A stretch of 64,000 nucleotides of DNA from a virus (IMGVR_UViG_3300048881_000698:1-64000); one strand, 5' to 3'. Counted from the first letter of the stretch, positions 24,606-35,014 are shown. The notes: generated from the letters alone by a model not told the origin. A program made the numbers and translations.

Positions 24606-25271
24606 TTATCCCATAGGTATTATAACAGCCCATTGGGCGCTTTCTGGATCATCGCCGCCCCATTCAGTAACTCTAGGTACCGGGAGTCCTTCTATTTCAA
24701 ATCCGCCCGGAAAAGCAGTTGCTAAGGCATAGAGTCTTTCCTCGCTGGCAGCTGCGGACAGTTTTTGATTACTATCAATAAAATTATTTTGTTCCGAGGA
24801 AGAGCGTGATGGGTCGTACTTAAAGATTCCAACTGAGGTTTCGGAAGTAGCAAATTCCTGTACCGGCATGTTTGTTTTAACTGCCAAAACAGGCACATCA
24901 ACCATTTTTCCCGCTTCTCTATTAAACTCCTGCTTTTTAGTGGTAGTAAACTGAGCGTCTGGTATATTTTCTCTCACCCAAGACATTGGCTTTACAAGCT
25001 CATAACCACCACCAGGGAAATCACCCGATACAAACCCGCCGGCATCTGAAAGGTTTGCTCTATTCTCAATAAAATCTATAATCATCTCTGGCGTGATCGC
25101 GCCCGAGAAAACAGAGCCAACTCCATAATCGCCGTGAGTGCCAATGTGATCGAAAACTTCTTTAGATGAAAGTACAATTTTGCCATCCCTTCTCGTAATA
25201 ATTGTATAATCACCGACTCTTTCAACTTCCTCATTCATGTACTTCCGCCAGTTTTCAAGTAAAAGTTTCAT
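24606..25271 (-). CDS. ENWR-tag hypothetical protein
   Basis: MKLLLENWRKYMNEE. Confidence 0.8.
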   Translation of the reverse strand: MKLLLENWRKYMNEEVERVGDYTIITRRDGKIVLSSKEVFDHIGTHGDYGVGSVFSGAITPEMIIDFIENRANLSDAGGFVSGDFPGGGYELVKPMSWVRENIPDAQFTTTKKQEFNREAGKMVDVPVLAVKTNMPVQEFATSETSVGIFKYDPSRSSSEQNNFIDSNQKLSAAASEERLYALATAFPGGFEIEGLPVPRVTEWGGDDPESAQWAVIIPMG

Positions 25272-25573
25272 ACTGGGCGCCATCTCGGGTTGAGAGGCCT
25301 CCTATCGTCTGGGTTCGTCATCTTATGAAGTTCGTCGTAAGCATCTTCTAATTCTTCCATGTTTCTTGGCGGGTTCGGCCCAAGACCGCCCGACTGAATC
25401 ATCCGGGCAAACAACATGTAAGACATTTTTGCATCCATGCCAGTAATCGGTCTTTCGAGAATAAACTCAGGCATGCCAGGCGGCGGCTGTTCCTCCGGCT
25501 GCTCGGCTTCGTTAAGCAGAGCGTTCAACTCTTTTTTAATAATCTCAACTAATTGTGGTTTGGTTAGTTTCAT
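25268..25573 (-). CDS. MKLTKxQL-IKxEL-tag protein
   Basis: Tag plus late motif at 25594-25602. Confidence 0.8.
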   Translation of the reverse strand: MKLTKPQLVEIIKKELNALLNEAEQPEEQPPPGMPEFILERPITGMDAKMSYMLFARMIQSGGLGPNPPRNMEELEDAYDELHKMTNPDDRRPLNPRWRPV

Positions 25574-25766
25574 TGTGTTGTCCTTTCCTTAACATAAATA
25601 GTCTAAAAGATGTAGATTCGAACCAATTAAAAACCCAACAGAACTTGCAAGTAACAAATAGGGTAACAAAACTTTATAAAAAAGCTTTGGTGCGCTATTG
25701 GTGAGAATGATTTTATGCACCTTTAAGTAATCTTTTGATGCAAGCGTGGAGCCACGCAAGGTTATT

Positions 25767-26063
25767 CTATTCAGTCTCTTCATCTGTATCGTCCCTCTTT
25801 GCAATGTGGCCAGCGTGTTCTTCTTTGAGACTGGCTTCTAAAATCGTAAGGTCAACAACAGGGATATTCTTTACAATCTCACCGCCAAAGTCCACGTCGT
25901 AAGCTGTTACCTCCTGAAGTGTCTCATTCCAGTTATGAAAGACGCAGCGGCCTTCTCGACCGGTCGCATTCTCTTTAACGTGTTTAGCACAGTCATGACC
26001 GGGTGCCTCAACAAGCTCTTCTTCGTTTAAAAACCTTTTCCAGTTCTCAAATAGTTTCTTCAT
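25767..26063 (-). CDS. ENWK-tag protein (HDCAxHV domain)
   Basis: MKKLFENWKRFLNEE. Confidence 0.8.
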   Translation of the reverse strand: MKKLFENWKRFLNEEELVEAPGHDCAKHVKENATGREGRCVFHNWNETLQEVTAYDVDFGGEIVKNIPVVDLTILEASLKEEHAGHIAKRDDTDEETE

Positions 26064-26692
26064 GATAAATCTCCTTCTTCAATTAAAGTATAAGTAAAAG
26101 CGTTTCCGTATTTGTCTGCCGATATATTGCAGACTTCTAAAAACTGAGCAAATTGTCTGGAATCCCTGAACACCTGACAACCAGCAGAGACGCCTCTGAC
26201 ATAATCTCTCTCGTCAGGCTTGGAGTGCCTGTGTATGTTGATACCAAATAATCCTTCCTGTATCAGTGTGTGCTCGTCAATCTCCATAGTGCTATTCTTA
26301 TTTTGATCCCTATAAACTTTAACGGTACCATTCCTTTGGACCAAAGCTGTGTGTCGGTATGAACCTCCGTGCAATCCAACCTGGTACACTCCGCGATATT
26401 GACCTGGTACAAGGATTGCTGTGCCATCCGGATTAATCGGCCTTCTTAGAATTGCTGGTCCAGGTTCAGTGGTAACTTCATATGTTAATACCTCCCACTC
26501 TTTTTCGTCGTCCCTGTAAATTACAAGGAGTGTGTCATCAAATTTAGACGAGTCGTGAGAATCGTTTCTAACTCCGATGATATTTAAATTATATTTCTTC
26601 TTGCCATCAAAAAAAGCATAACCTTTTTTCTTGAAAGCCTTTTCAAACTGTTCTTTTATTAAAGTGGCATGTAAGCCTTTAATTTTCGCCAT
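26060..26692 (-). CDS. L,D-transpeptidase-like (YkuD fold) cell-wall enzyme
   Basis: GINIH...SAGCQV catalytic His/Cys motif. Confidence 0.7.
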   Translation of the reverse strand: MAKIKGLHATLIKEQFEKAFKKKGYAFFDGKKKYNLNIIGVRNDSHDSSKFDDTLLVIYRDDEKEWEVLTYEVTTEPGPAILRRPINPDGTAILVPGQYRGVYQVGLHGGSYRHTALVQRNGTVKVYRDQNKNSTMEIDEHTLIQEGLFGINIHRHSKPDERDYVRGVSAGCQVFRDSRQFAQFLEVCNISADKYGNAFTYTLIEEGDLS

Positions 26693-26694
26693 GA

Positions 26695-26985
26695 TTAATC
26701 ATCTCCTCTATATTCATACTCTGGATCGAAAAGCTTAACGAGTTCGTCTCTCAACCTGTTCTTTACTACTTCCTTAATATGCCCCAGATGCTCGAGTTTT
26801 TCTGGAGGGATATCTATCGGGGACTGTCCGTGCAGATCTTCTAATCTTGAACCTATTATTTCTTCCAGTTCATCAACAAGGCCATCAAAATCGAATTGAA
26901 TAGGGCTTGGTGTTCCAGCCCATGGACCTCTGACAACGTTGCCTTCCTTTAGATATCTTTTCCAATTTTCAAATAGAAACTTCAT
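26695..26985 (-). CDS. ENWK-tag hypothetical protein
   Basis: MKFLFENWKRYLKE. Confidence 0.8.
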   Translation of the reverse strand: MKFLFENWKRYLKEGNVVRGPWAGTPSPIQFDFDGLVDELEEIIGSRLEDLHGQSPIDIPPEKLEHLGHIKEVVKNRLRDELVKLFDPEYEYRGDD

Positions 26986-27368
26986 GGTGTACCTCCAAAT
27001 AATTGATTATATTCGTCTGTATATAATTCTTTAACTTGAATCTCAGCATCTGATTGTATAGCCCTTGCGAATCGATGATTCCCATCCATGATATATTGGT
27101 ATTCTCCTGTATCGCGGTTAACCACTACGATTAATGGATATGCCAACGAAGCGCCTTTAATTCTTTCTGGATCTAAAGTTACGCTGGGTTTGTGTTTTAA
27201 CTTTGACTTTAGAACTGATGGTTTAAATGGTATACATTCTCTGCTGCCTTCCTCACAACTTCTTCCTATAATATTCCAAACATCCTCAATGTGGACGTCG
27301 TCCCAAGTGGTTTGAGTGCCGTAAGCTTCTTTCAAATACCCTCGCCAATTTTCAAATAGGAGTTTCAA
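26982..27368 (-). CDS. ENWR-tag ParB/Srx-like domain protein
   Basis: YPLIVV...IMDGNHR. Confidence 0.75.
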   Translation of the reverse strand: MKLLFENWRGYLKEAYGTQTTWDDVHIEDVWNIIGRSCEEGSRECIPFKPSVLKSKLKHKPSVTLDPERIKGASLAYPLIVVVNRDTGEYQYIMDGNHRFARAIQSDAEIQVKELYTDEYNQLFGGTP

Positions 27369-27808
27369 ACCATTATCCCCGGCACATTTTTAATAAAGCT
27401 CGGATCAATGCCGCTGTTATATAAAACGTTTTTAACAAAAGAGCCACAATTTTCAGCCTTGTTGCTGGGATCATCATATCTGCAAGCAATCCCATCCGGC
27501 ACATTCACTTCTTTTTCTAATTTTATTGTCCTATACAAATCTTTGTGTTCTGCTTTTTCTGATGTTTCTGGTAAATGTGCAAATGGAGGATCGTTGCGTA
27601 GTTCTTCCCAGGTACTAATAATCGGTGGTGAATTTTCAGACCTATGTCCTGACATGTCTTTCATTTCTCCGTTTTTTAAAAGGAATCCAACGTGATCCCA
27701 TTTTTTGTTTTTAACACCCCATTTTGAACGCACCAAAAAAATTGTATTCGACGTGTCCTCTATGGCCTCTTTCAAGTACCCTCGCCAGTTTTCAAATAGG
27801 AGTTTCAC
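27365..27808 (-). CDS. ENWR-tag permuted papain-like (NlpC/P60) domain protein
   Basis: WDHVG precedes NCGSFV..VL. Confidence 0.6.
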   Translation of the reverse strand: MKLLFENWRGYLKEAIEDTSNTIFLVRSKWGVKNKKWDHVGFLLKNGEMKDMSGHRSENSPPIISTWEELRNDPPFAHLPETSEKAEHKDLYRTIKLEKEVNVPDGIACRYDDPSNKAENCGSFVKNVLYNSGIDPSFIKNVPGIMV

Positions 27809-28314
27809 GACAGTCTCCTTATTCTTTCAGGTGGTATGTCCTCTAACACAACAGCAGTTCCGGTAAGGTGAATCGCAGCACCTCTTGCTGGGGAATCGGG
27901 ATCTAAAAACTCCTCAAACTCTATGAAACCATCACTATCAACAACGTTCTCCATCTCTGGTGGCACCTCGTCATAATCCCACCACATGCCATCTTCCTCA
28001 GTATAAGCCCCATAGTCCACAAGCGTAGGGAGATCAGGGTAAAGCTCGAGCCCAGTCGCGTCTACCTCGAATATTGTTCCCTCATATTCCCTGCCGCCAC
28101 CTTCGCCAGGTTTGGCAGACAAATATATAGGACGAGTACCATAAACTTCGTCAGCCCAATTACCGCCTATCATAAATCCAACTCCTTCAGAGCCAGCCTT
28201 TATACCATTCGCCTCTATTGCCTCCGCTTGATATGGGGGGGTGGAGTGGTAAAGGACAGTCTTGCCACTACCCTCTTTCAAGTGCTTACGCCAATTTTCA
28301 AATAGGAGTTTCAT
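27805..28314 (-). CDS. ENWR-tag ADP-ribosyltransferase-fold protein
   Basis: LYHST...IxxNGI...IYLS...IFEVD...IPPERI pattern. Confidence 0.65.
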   Translation of the reverse strand: MKLLFENWRKHLKEGSGKTVLYHSTPPYQAEAIEANGIKAGSEGVGFMIGGNWADEVYGTRPIYLSAKPGEGGGREYEGTIFEVDATGLELYPDLPTLVDYGAYTEEDGMWWDYDEVPPEMENVVDSDGFIEFEEFLDPDSPARGAAIHLTGTAVVLEDIPPERIRRLS

Positions 28315-28799
28315 TGTGGTGGTTCTCCTGTCCAATCTACTAAATAATCTTTCCACGTTTCTTCAGCCTTTCTAGCTGCTTTTTCATATGGATTATCCAA
28401 GCCATCAAACCCTGCTTCTCTAAACTTCTCATATTCCTTTGGGTCTTGATGCGCGTGTTCAAATTCGTGTAGAAGAGATCTGATAACATCTTCTTCATTC
28501 TCCATGTTAGGATGATAAACATAGATTGCATTATCTTTATCAACAAATTCTGCTTTTGCTTCTCCGCTTACTTCTCCTTCCATTCCTGGTGTGTCACTGT
28601 AACGTGCATAAATGTCTGTATATAGCTCTACACTTGGTTTACTTGGTTTCCCTTCTCGTATGGGTATGCCTCTGTCCTTTAATATTTGTGGATATACTCT
28701 ATTCACAATAGATTGAACTTCTTCTTCAGACATGCCTTCAGAATTTCGTTCTTCCTCTTCGGAGAGATATTTGTGCCAATTTTCCATTATAAGTTTCAC
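28311..28799 (-). CDS. ENWH-tag zincin metallopeptidase-like protein
   Basis: MKLIMENWHKYLSEE; LLHEFEHAHQ...NPYE. Confidence 0.75.
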   Translation of the reverse strand: MKLIMENWHKYLSEEEERNSEGMSEEEVQSIVNRVYPQILKDRGIPIREGKPSKPSVELYTDIYARYSDTPGMEGEVSGEAKAEFVDKDNAIYVYHPNMENEEDVIRSLLHEFEHAHQDPKEYEKFREAGFDGLDNPYEKAARKAEETWKDYLVDWTGEPPQ

Positions 28800-28940
28800 G
28801 CTTTTTGCACCTTTGCAACCCACATCTCTCCTGCGTTTACAGCATTAAGTATATCTCCAATATGCCTCTCACAAGCACACTCTTTATTCTCTGCTTTCGG
28901 GCCCCATTGGACAACAAAGTCCGCGTCCTGTTTACAAATT

Positions 28941-29387
28941 TTACACTTCATTTTCACTCTCCTGATTTTTCTTTTCCAAAGCCAACTTGATGTCGCCTTT
29001 TAAATTGGGTGTTACATCATAACTATCTAGTTCCTCATAAGAAACCCAAGCCCAATCTGTGTGCTCGAAGTCAATTTCTACGTCTCCGGAAAATGAATCC
29101 GTGTAATATAGTTTAACTTGTTCTCTTTCGTCTAATTCGTTCATGTCATTAAGATTTAAATTTGTTTCCTCTTTTGTTTCTCGTCTTGCAGCTTCAGCCG
29201 AAGTTTCCCCTTTCTCTATGTGACCTCCTGGTAAAGCCCACTTACCAGGCATCCAGTGTGGGCCCGCCGATCTTTTCAAAATCAATGCCTCTCCTTTATC
29301 GTTGAGCACCACAGCCATCGCTGCTTTAAATTTTTTACCCTTTTCTTCAATCAAAAACTTCCTCCAAGTTTTAAGAATTCTCTTCAT
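28941..29387 (-). CDS. NUDIX hydrolase with WRKFL tag
   Basis: Nudix box GGHIEKGETSAEAARRETKEETNL. Confidence 0.9.
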   Translation of the reverse strand: MKRILKTWRKFLIEEKGKKFKAAMAVVLNDKGEALILKRSAGPHWMPGKWALPGGHIEKGETSAEAARRETKEETNLNLNDMNELDEREQVKLYYTDSFSGDVEIDFEHTDWAWVSYEELDSYDVTPNLKGDIKLALEKKNQESENEV

Positions 29388-29550
29388 TTTTCCTCTTTTC
29401 TATTCTCTCTTTCTGTTCAAGATCGTAAATCTTGTGCGCTAGTTTCATAAGGTGTTCCTCGTCCATCTCTTCCCACATCTCCCCCAAATTTCTAAAGGCT
29501 TCTGCTGCGGTAAGCTTCTCTCTTGCAAGATCAATACAGATTAAACACAT
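29371..29550 (-). CDS. small protein (MCLIC)
   Basis: My translation MCLICIDLAREKLTAAEAFRNLGEM...; GGAGG SD. Confidence 0.6.
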   Translation of the reverse strand: MCLICIDLAREKLTAAEAFRNLGEMWEEMDEEHLMKLAHKIYDLEQKERIEKRKNEENS

Positions 29551-29551
29551 C

Positions 29552-32500
29552 TTAGTTTTCCCTCCTTAATCTCTCGCTGATCAGCACCTTGATAATGTTT
29601 CTTATCGTTGATTCTTCTATGCGACCATAGGTTGTTTTCCAGCTTCGGCCGGTACCGGACTCTAACACATCCTTTTCAAATTTAAATCCCAGTGTCTCGG
29701 AAAAATCTTGTACGCTGATCCCGTGCTGCATGCTAGCATAAATGAATCTCAACATCTGTGCGGCATATGCTTGCGCGAGAGGGGTCACTGGTACTTCTTC
29801 ACCAACCCATTGATTGGTAGTGCGACTCATTACGTTAACAATGATTGTATCTTCTTGTGTTGTCGCTAGTTCTGCCCAAAATTTAGGACTGAAGCTTCGC
29901 CTTCCGCCGTGAGCAGGTACTCGAAGTTCACGTTCGATATTAACATTCTTTTCAAGATTAGGTTGAATTCCCCACTGTCTTATTCGGCCTGTGCGTGTTT
30001 CTTTATCCTCCAAGTTTATGGCGAAGGCTACTAGCTCTTCGACAGATTTTGAGGAGATGTCCTGCGATTTTTCGTTGGTTTCAGCCATAATCGCTTTGTG
30101 TGCATGTTGCATGCGGGCTAGTAAATCTTGCGCAACGTCGACAATTTGCGGTATGTATTGGTGATCCAACACTTTGATAAACTCAATAGCTGCTTTCAAT
30201 TCTTCTTTGGGAGTCTTAGTGGAGAATTTGAATGTTATGCTCAGATGTGCATCATATATATGCTCGTAACCATCCGACTTTTTGTCGGTGTGGATTTTAA
30301 CGTCAGCATGCTCAAAACTCATATACTCATTGCCAGAGGGGCTGGATCCCCAGTCCGATGTCGCTTCCTTTTCGTCGTCTAGATCTAATTCTAGTTGTCT
30401 CCGTGCCTCCTTTTGTGCAGCAGCAATTACTTCTCTAAGACCACTCTCTATCGCTCCCTGAAAGCCAGGTCCGAAAAGAATATCTCCTCCGTACTCATCA
30501 TAAAGTTTCTTTCTGGCAGTCTGGAATGTGCCATCCATCCAAAAATCAGATATTGTGTCCAAATCAGGGTTGACAACTCCTAGATATAGTCCTGGAGGTT
30601 TAGTATTTACGGTGAGGTAGCCTTCGTCGTAATCCCAGTCAAAGTTCTTGAAGGCCTCTGTCTCGTCTTGAAACTCCTCTGCATATTTATCAATTTCAGT
30701 CTTAGCTAAAAACCCCTTTCCCTTAAGATATTTCCTTACACTTTCTTTGGCCGCCTCCATGTTTGCATCCTGTTCTTTCATGTAATCTATGAAGTCGCTG
30801 AAGCCTTCGGGTGTATTGGCGTAGTCGTTGGCAGCATACTCGTAGGGGCCTTCAATGTAAAACCTTTTAACTTCTTTTGGGACGGTTGGTGGTCCCTCCG
30901 GCTCTGGTATTCCGAAATCCTGATTGTAAGAGTCAACTCTTTGAGGCTCGTTAAACGATGCAGCGAAGGAGCGATCTTGTACCTCTTCCCCGAGTACATC
31001 CTGCAGTTGACGGGCTACATGTTCAATATGCGTGGCAACTCTAATATTTATATCGTCCGGATGTACGCTGTGTTGGCTATCTAAAATTTCTTCTATGTCT
31101 TTTTCGACCTCTTGCTTCTCGTTTGGGCCGGCGAAGGCCCTTGCGGCCGGGGCAACGTCCTCCTTGTAATCAAAGCCCCTCTGCACATCCTTGAACTCCA
31201 TCAGAATTTTACCACTAAAACCGACAGAGGGTTCGCCATCGAAGCCTGCATCGGCTTCCACATAGTGTTCAACTTCAGAGTATTCTAATTGGTAGTCAGC
31301 ACTATCCTGGAGGTTCGCGCATGCATGAACCCACTCATCATATATTTCTTGCATGGTGGTATCTTCTTCCTCGTTCTCGACACCTTCCCATCTCACATTC
31401 CCTTGATAGGTATATGTCACATCATCTCCAGGCTTCAAATACGGTTCGAAAAAGTTCTTTAGCATCTTACCTCCGGAAGTGTCTGTATAAGAACCCCCAT
31501 GCATGGCAAACTCATCTTTTTCCGGAAAAAGGAGCCGCCCGTCGGGATCCTCTGGATCTCGAAACCTGTCTATTTGTCGCTCTCTTGCCCAGCCTTGCAC
31601 GGCATCCATAAAGCCGGGAAATTTCTTCCCGTACACCCGGGATTCCGGGACTGCTAACTCATAATCTCCTTTAATATTCACGAGTTTACGAAGGCGAATT
31701 CTGGAAATGGGTTCAATGCCTCGAACATTACGTTCAGGATCGTTAAAGATTTCTTCGTCGTCTAGTTCGTTAATATTCTCGACGCCATGACGTTCAAGCT
31801 CAGCTTCAAGCTGATCAGTTCTTACCACGTATGCAATTGGGCCATGGCCTTTGGCTTCAGCAATAGCACAATGAAAGTAATTGCCAGTTTCAGAGTGGCA
31901 AGACGAGATGGCGGCAAAATCACTCATACGAACGACGTCAATAGGGTGGCGAGAAAAGATTATTGTATATGGTGAGCCATATGCCTCGTCGGGATTTTCT
32001 CTATAAAACTGAGATTTTCTATTCCAAAAGTTTAACAGATCTTTCTGTATCCACTCGCTTTCCTTGCCCTTTTCAATTAAACCTTGAGAAGGGAAGCCGT
32101 CGCTATAAGGTAATAGGTTGCTGAGTTGTTTAAGTATGGCCCGGGCTTCACCAAACCAATCTGCGTCTTTGAGGAAACGGATCTCTTGAAAATTGTGCGA
32201 AGCTAAGTCTGGATCCCAAACCTGCCCGGGCATGACTGCTAACTCTTCAGGGCTAGCTTCTCCAGGATTTGCCCTGGCCCTATCCAAAAGTTGTTCTATC
32301 TTATTCGCGAAGCCATGAATTTTTTCAAGCGCCTTACCAATCTTAAGCTTTGTAGTTTTCTCCGTGCCTGGTGGAGGAGCTTTGTCGGCAACGGCTAACA
32401 TGATATTTATCACTTCTTGGAGATCCTCTTGTTCAAAAAGCTCAGTTCTAAGATCTCCAATTTCTGGGTGGACCCACTGGAGGGCGTAATCGCGGCTGGC

Positions 32501-33232
32501 TTCGGGGCCTGTTCTGGATCGATCATCAATTGTGCGCGTCATGTTTGCTTTTGATATAGCAGAATCAGTGATAACTTTTTCGATTGATTTTCTTAGCCAC
32601 GGAACGTATGTATGGGCGGCGTCTTCCCTCGAACGGCCGTCCTTCAGCTTCTCAACCACGACCCGCCCTTCCAGACCACTGTGCTGAAATGCTTCTGGCT
32701 TGGCTAGTCGCTCAGGAAGCGAATGGTTGCTTTGGTTAAAACCGAAAAACATTTTTCCAATACGATTCGAATCCATAGCATATGGTCCCTCATTAAACGT
32801 GTCTGCTAAAAGCTTTACTTTATTTCTTAGACTATCAGAAGATCGATTCTTGAGCATGCCATTAAAGATATTCATTGCTATTTCATCATAGTTAATCGTG
32901 TCTGTCCTTGATATTGTGCCTTCTCCCAAATCTACATCGAATCCAAAATTTTGAAAAAGCGTTATGATATCTCCAACCGGGCCCTCTGCTTGTGTTCTCA
33001 TGGGCTCGGAGGCACGAAGAGCACCTCCAAACAGTTTGCTAAACGACAGTGATTTATCTGTATCAGTGTTATTATACAGTATGGCCATAACCTTTTCCGC
33101 TCTTTGCTGGCTAATTTCGTTCAACATCAAAGTGCCGTCCAAACGCTCTTCGTTTAACAGTGAACGTTCACCTGTCGACTGTACAGGTTCTTCGTTTATA
33201 TATTCTCGCCATTTTTTAAAAAAGTTTGTCAA
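29552..33232 (-). CDS. large (1226 aa) tagged protein, putative internal virion protein
   Basis: MTNFFKKWREYINEE N-terminus; SRHPIDVVRMSD and SCH motifs; C-terminal IEESTIRNII. Confidence 0.8.
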   Translation of the reverse strand: MTNFFKKWREYINEEPVQSTGERSLLNEERLDGTLMLNEISQQRAEKVMAILYNNTDTDKSLSFSKLFGGALRASEPMRTQAEGPVGDIITLFQNFGFDVDLGEGTISRTDTINYDEIAMNIFNGMLKNRSSDSLRNKVKLLADTFNEGPYAMDSNRIGKMFFGFNQSNHSLPERLAKPEAFQHSGLEGRVVVEKLKDGRSREDAAHTYVPWLRKSIEKVITDSAISKANMTRTIDDRSRTGPEASRDYALQWVHPEIGDLRTELFEQEDLQEVINIMLAVADKAPPPGTEKTTKLKIGKALEKIHGFANKIEQLLDRARANPGEASPEELAVMPGQVWDPDLASHNFQEIRFLKDADWFGEARAILKQLSNLLPYSDGFPSQGLIEKGKESEWIQKDLLNFWNRKSQFYRENPDEAYGSPYTIIFSRHPIDVVRMSDFAAISSCHSETGNYFHCAIAEAKGHGPIAYVVRTDQLEAELERHGVENINELDDEEIFNDPERNVRGIEPISRIRLRKLVNIKGDYELAVPESRVYGKKFPGFMDAVQGWARERQIDRFRDPEDPDGRLLFPEKDEFAMHGGSYTDTSGGKMLKNFFEPYLKPGDDVTYTYQGNVRWEGVENEEEDTTMQEIYDEWVHACANLQDSADYQLEYSEVEHYVEADAGFDGEPSVGFSGKILMEFKDVQRGFDYKEDVAPAARAFAGPNEKQEVEKDIEEILDSQHSVHPDDINIRVATHIEHVARQLQDVLGEEVQDRSFAASFNEPQRVDSYNQDFGIPEPEGPPTVPKEVKRFYIEGPYEYAANDYANTPEGFSDFIDYMKEQDANMEAAKESVRKYLKGKGFLAKTEIDKYAEEFQDETEAFKNFDWDYDEGYLTVNTKPPGLYLGVVNPDLDTISDFWMDGTFQTARKKLYDEYGGDILFGPGFQGAIESGLREVIAAAQKEARRQLELDLDDEKEATSDWGSSPSGNEYMSFEHADVKIHTDKKSDGYEHIYDAHLSITFKFSTKTPKEELKAAIEFIKVLDHQYIPQIVDVAQDLLARMQHAHKAIMAETNEKSQDISSKSVEELVAFAINLEDKETRTGRIRQWGIQPNLEKNVNIERELRVPAHGGRRSFSPKFWAELATTQEDTIIVNVMSRTTNQWVGEEVPVTPLAQAYAAQMLRFIYASMQHGISVQDFSETLGFKFEKDVLESGTGRSWKTTYGRIEESTIRNIIKVLISERLRREN

Positions 33233-33245
33233 GATTTATATCCTT

Positions 33246-33971
33246 TTATATCTCTTGCTGGCCAAGCTTTCTTGTTGCTACAAATCTCACGCTTTTTACT
33301 CCGGAAATTCTTAACAGGGCGCGTTTTAAAAGGGACAAAAAGTACTGTGATGGTCTAGCACCCTTAAGATATTTAATATTGAGAAACAACCTGTCCAGCG
33401 ATGGTCCTATTTCCTGTGCTGTACTCTGAATAGATACGACTGTAACCCCTTCAATAGCTCTAATTCTAGTGAAAATATGTTCGTAATTAACTGTTTTACC
33501 AACCACAAAATGTGCTTCTGTTTCAAATACTTCAAGATCTTGTTCTTGAAGTATTGAATTTTCTACAAACAAAGAATCCCCGAGCACATTATCAATATTT
33601 TGCTCGAGCGATTCGCTAATCTCTGCTTGCGTCTCCAGGCGGTTTTGTTCCTTTTCTTGTTTTTGTTCTTGAGATGCTACCTGCGCTTGTTGCGCTTGCT
33701 CGATCTGAAAATGCTGCATAAGCTGCAGTAATATATCCTGTGCCAGCGGAGTACTCTGCAGCCCTTCCATGGCCGCCTGCAGCCCTTCCATGGCCCCTCC
33801 AATAGCCTGGGCGGCCTGTTGAGTGCCAACCACGATCTCGAGGGCTTGTTGAACCATAGGTACAAGCTGTTCTGGCGGGATCGTCTCTTGCTCGAGAAGT
33901 ATACTTTTAATTTTCGTTTTAAAAACTTCTTTTTTCGCAATCTCTGTTAACTGCTGTCTATTCACGTTCAT
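33246..33971 (-). CDS. late hypothetical protein (tag-like N-terminus; IRAIEGVTVV domain)
   Basis: MNVNRQQLTEIAKKEV; late motif at 33998-34008. Confidence 0.75.
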   Translation of the reverse strand: MNVNRQQLTEIAKKEVFKTKIKSILLEQETIPPEQLVPMVQQALEIVVGTQQAAQAIGGAMEGLQAAMEGLQSTPLAQDILLQLMQHFQIEQAQQAQVASQEQKQEKEQNRLETQAEISESLEQNIDNVLGDSLFVENSILQEQDLEVFETEAHFVVGKTVNYEHIFTRIRAIEGVTVVSIQSTAQEIGPSLDRLFLNIKYLKGARPSQYFLSLLKRALLRISGVKSVRFVATRKLGQQEI

Positions 33972-34027
33972 TAAAAACCCCTTATTTATTGTATCATTAT
34001 AATTAGTTGTTTTTACAATCAAAATAC

Positions 34028-34054
34028 AAAAAAGACCCTTACAAGGGTCTTTTT
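34028..34054. terminator. intrinsic (bidirectional) terminator after hsp20
   Basis: AAAAAAGACCCT-TACA-AGGGTCTTTTT. Confidence 0.85.
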
Positions 34055-34078
34055 CTAAATAGTGTGTTTTAAATTACA

Positions 34079-34510
34079 TTATTTAATGTCGATTGTTTGA
34101 ACGGGAATACGTTCCACCTCAGGTTTTTTTACACTAATAGTGAGAATTCCATCCTTGTATTCTGCATTAACGCTTTTAGCCGTCGTACCTTCTGGCACAG
34201 TCCACGAACGAGTGAAAGAACTGAAATGATGTCTGCGACTATTTTTCTCCTCCGAAGTACCTCCAGATGAATATGAAACTGTAAGAACTCTGTTTTCCAA
34301 TCTTGCTGAAAGGTTTTCCTTTTGCAGGCCTGGTACAGCAAGTTCAGCAACGTGAGAATCGTCGGTTTCGTACACATCAGCTACTGGTTCCAGTGAGCGG
34401 TTAGACAGTCGTGGAAGTCTAGAGTCCGTAAAAAGTGACGTCGGAAAAAGATCCTTCATGAAGTCGTCAAACGGATCTGTAAAAGTGCGTCGTGCAAGTA
34501 AATTACCCAT
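34079..34510 (-). CDS. hsp20: small heat-shock protein (Hsp20/alpha-crystallin)
   Basis: DVYET...VPGL.KE...SFTRSWTVP...AEYKDGILTI. Confidence 0.95.
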   Translation of the reverse strand: MGNLLARRTFTDPFDDFMKDLFPTSLFTDSRLPRLSNRSLEPVADVYETDDSHVAELAVPGLQKENLSARLENRVLTVSYSSGGTSEEKNSRRHHFSSFTRSWTVPEGTTAKSVNAEYKDGILTISVKKPEVERIPVQTIDIK

Positions 34511-34651
34511 ATTAATATCTCCTTTTAGTTAATAGGTTTCTAATTGATAATATAATAACTTTGTACCAAAAGTCAAGACCCTTTTTCAAAAAAAGTATAT
34601 TTTCACGAAGTTCTTCATATGACTGTCTGTCGTAATGCACCATTAAAAGCA

Positions 34652-35008
34652 TCAGTGAACAGTCAAAGAAATTCTATATTTATAAAGCAAATCATGATCG
34701 TTTAACAACATTAAGCTCGCTTGCGATCTTAAGAGATCTGCATACCGTGGCTTTATTTTTAAAACCTCAGGATCTTCTGGGCTGCGATCTGCAGAAGCGA
34801 AAATTTCTAATAGCAGTTTTACATACTGGTTTAGGGTGCTGTAATACTCACATAAGAGAGGTACAAGTGAGCTTTTCCACATTTTTTCATCGGCGGCATT
34901 TTCAGTTATTAAAAACTTTAACAATTCTCTCGTTGATTTAGCTTCAAGAATTTGTTGTTTGCACGTGTCCCGAGACATACTGATGTGAGTTGGCAAATCG
35001 TTGGCCAT
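34652..35008 (-). CDS. hypothetical protein
   Basis: 118-aa ORF. Confidence 0.65.
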   Translation of the reverse strand: MANDLPTHISMSRDTCKQQILEAKSTRELLKFLITENAADEKMWKSSLVPLLCEYYSTLNQYVKLLLEIFASADRSPEDPEVLKIKPRYADLLRSQASLMLLNDHDLLYKYRISLTVH

Positions 35009-35014
35009 GATAAA

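Noticed and set aside
25210-25222. Junction-like TCACCGACT inside 24606-25271
   Set aside because: In-frame RVGDY within a longer gene with no start/stop overlap; probably chance
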